Below are positions 63,701-64,000 of a stretch of 64,000 nt of DNA, in pieces (positions within the stretch are counted from its first letter, which is position 1; the number at the start of each line of letters is the position of its first letter). This DNA comes from Pavona decussata (Eukaryota), in contig CDRNST010000018.1 of assembly GCA_977016875.1 (NCBI GenBank), positions 1,550,001-1,614,000 on the forward strand, given 5' to 3'. The notes under the pieces are model-generated. The model had not been told where the DNA came from. It searched no databases and saw only the letters and a program-made list of their open reading frames with translations. The position numbers were made by a program, and so were the translations under genes.

Positions 63701-64000
63701 AAAGTGGATGTTTTTCAAGGTATATATATTTTTTTTAGCAGGTGAACCGAACAAATTTTACTAATGTTACAAAACAGCGTCAATTTTATACAAAGCTATA
63801 AGTGTTTGGGCTCTGCTGGAAGCTGTTGAAGATTTATTCATGAGCTGAAAGGTAATATTATCCTGGGCTGAGAAATAAACAGACATACAACTGGCGTCAG
63901 TGATCATTTTTTCACTATTCATTAAATGCTTCATGATGGAGTGTCTGTAATATATTATTTATCACAATGCTAAATATCACGCTTTTCAGTTGTAGTCAAG

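Larger units (their letters stand above)
33790..64000 (+). repeat. ~20-kb segmental duplication (unit A ~33790-42117, unit C ~52540-64000, partial unit B ~49016-51385)
   Basis: Collinear identity from 'acctttctctaca..tattagtagaaagc' (33791 vs ~52540) to 'gcttttcagttgtagtcaag' (42117 vs 64000); the BTB ATGs are 19,597 bp apart. Confidence 0.95.

Overview
Eukaryotic, AT-rich, intron-containing DNA. It is most likely from an anthozoan cnidarian (stony coral); this is inferred from the repeat and gene repertoire and was not verified. (1) 1-17.1 kb: a four-unit tandem array on the minus strand. Each unit has a promoter-like segment and non-coding first exon; three units include a decayed orphan coiled-coil exon, and one also carries two stray HAUS3-like exons. 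(2) 18.2-32.4 kb: two intact conserved genes head to head, CACFD1/Flower (minus, 5 exons, 162 aa) and UBAC1/KPC2 (plus, 11 exons, 366 aa). I reconstructed both exon by exon. (3) 33.8-64 kb: a roughly 20 kb segmental duplication. It carries two intact genes and one truncated pseudogene of an unusual BTB-BTB-BACK protein, in which the usual Kelch propeller is replaced by 10-13 copies of a basic GPLKxDGTPDMR(F/Y)xxN(K/R) motif set in a Ser/Gly/Tyr low-complexity tail. This is the most novel-looking system in the window. The block also contains an intronless class A GPCR plus GPCR remnants, an internally deleted DIRS/Ngaro-type retrotransposon, an orphan ADAMTS-type TSP1 two-exon fragment, a solo LTR holding a self-amplified palindromic MITE, several other MITE/LINE/SINE remnants and three N-gaps. 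Family assignments are by motif recognition from memory; no database search was run.
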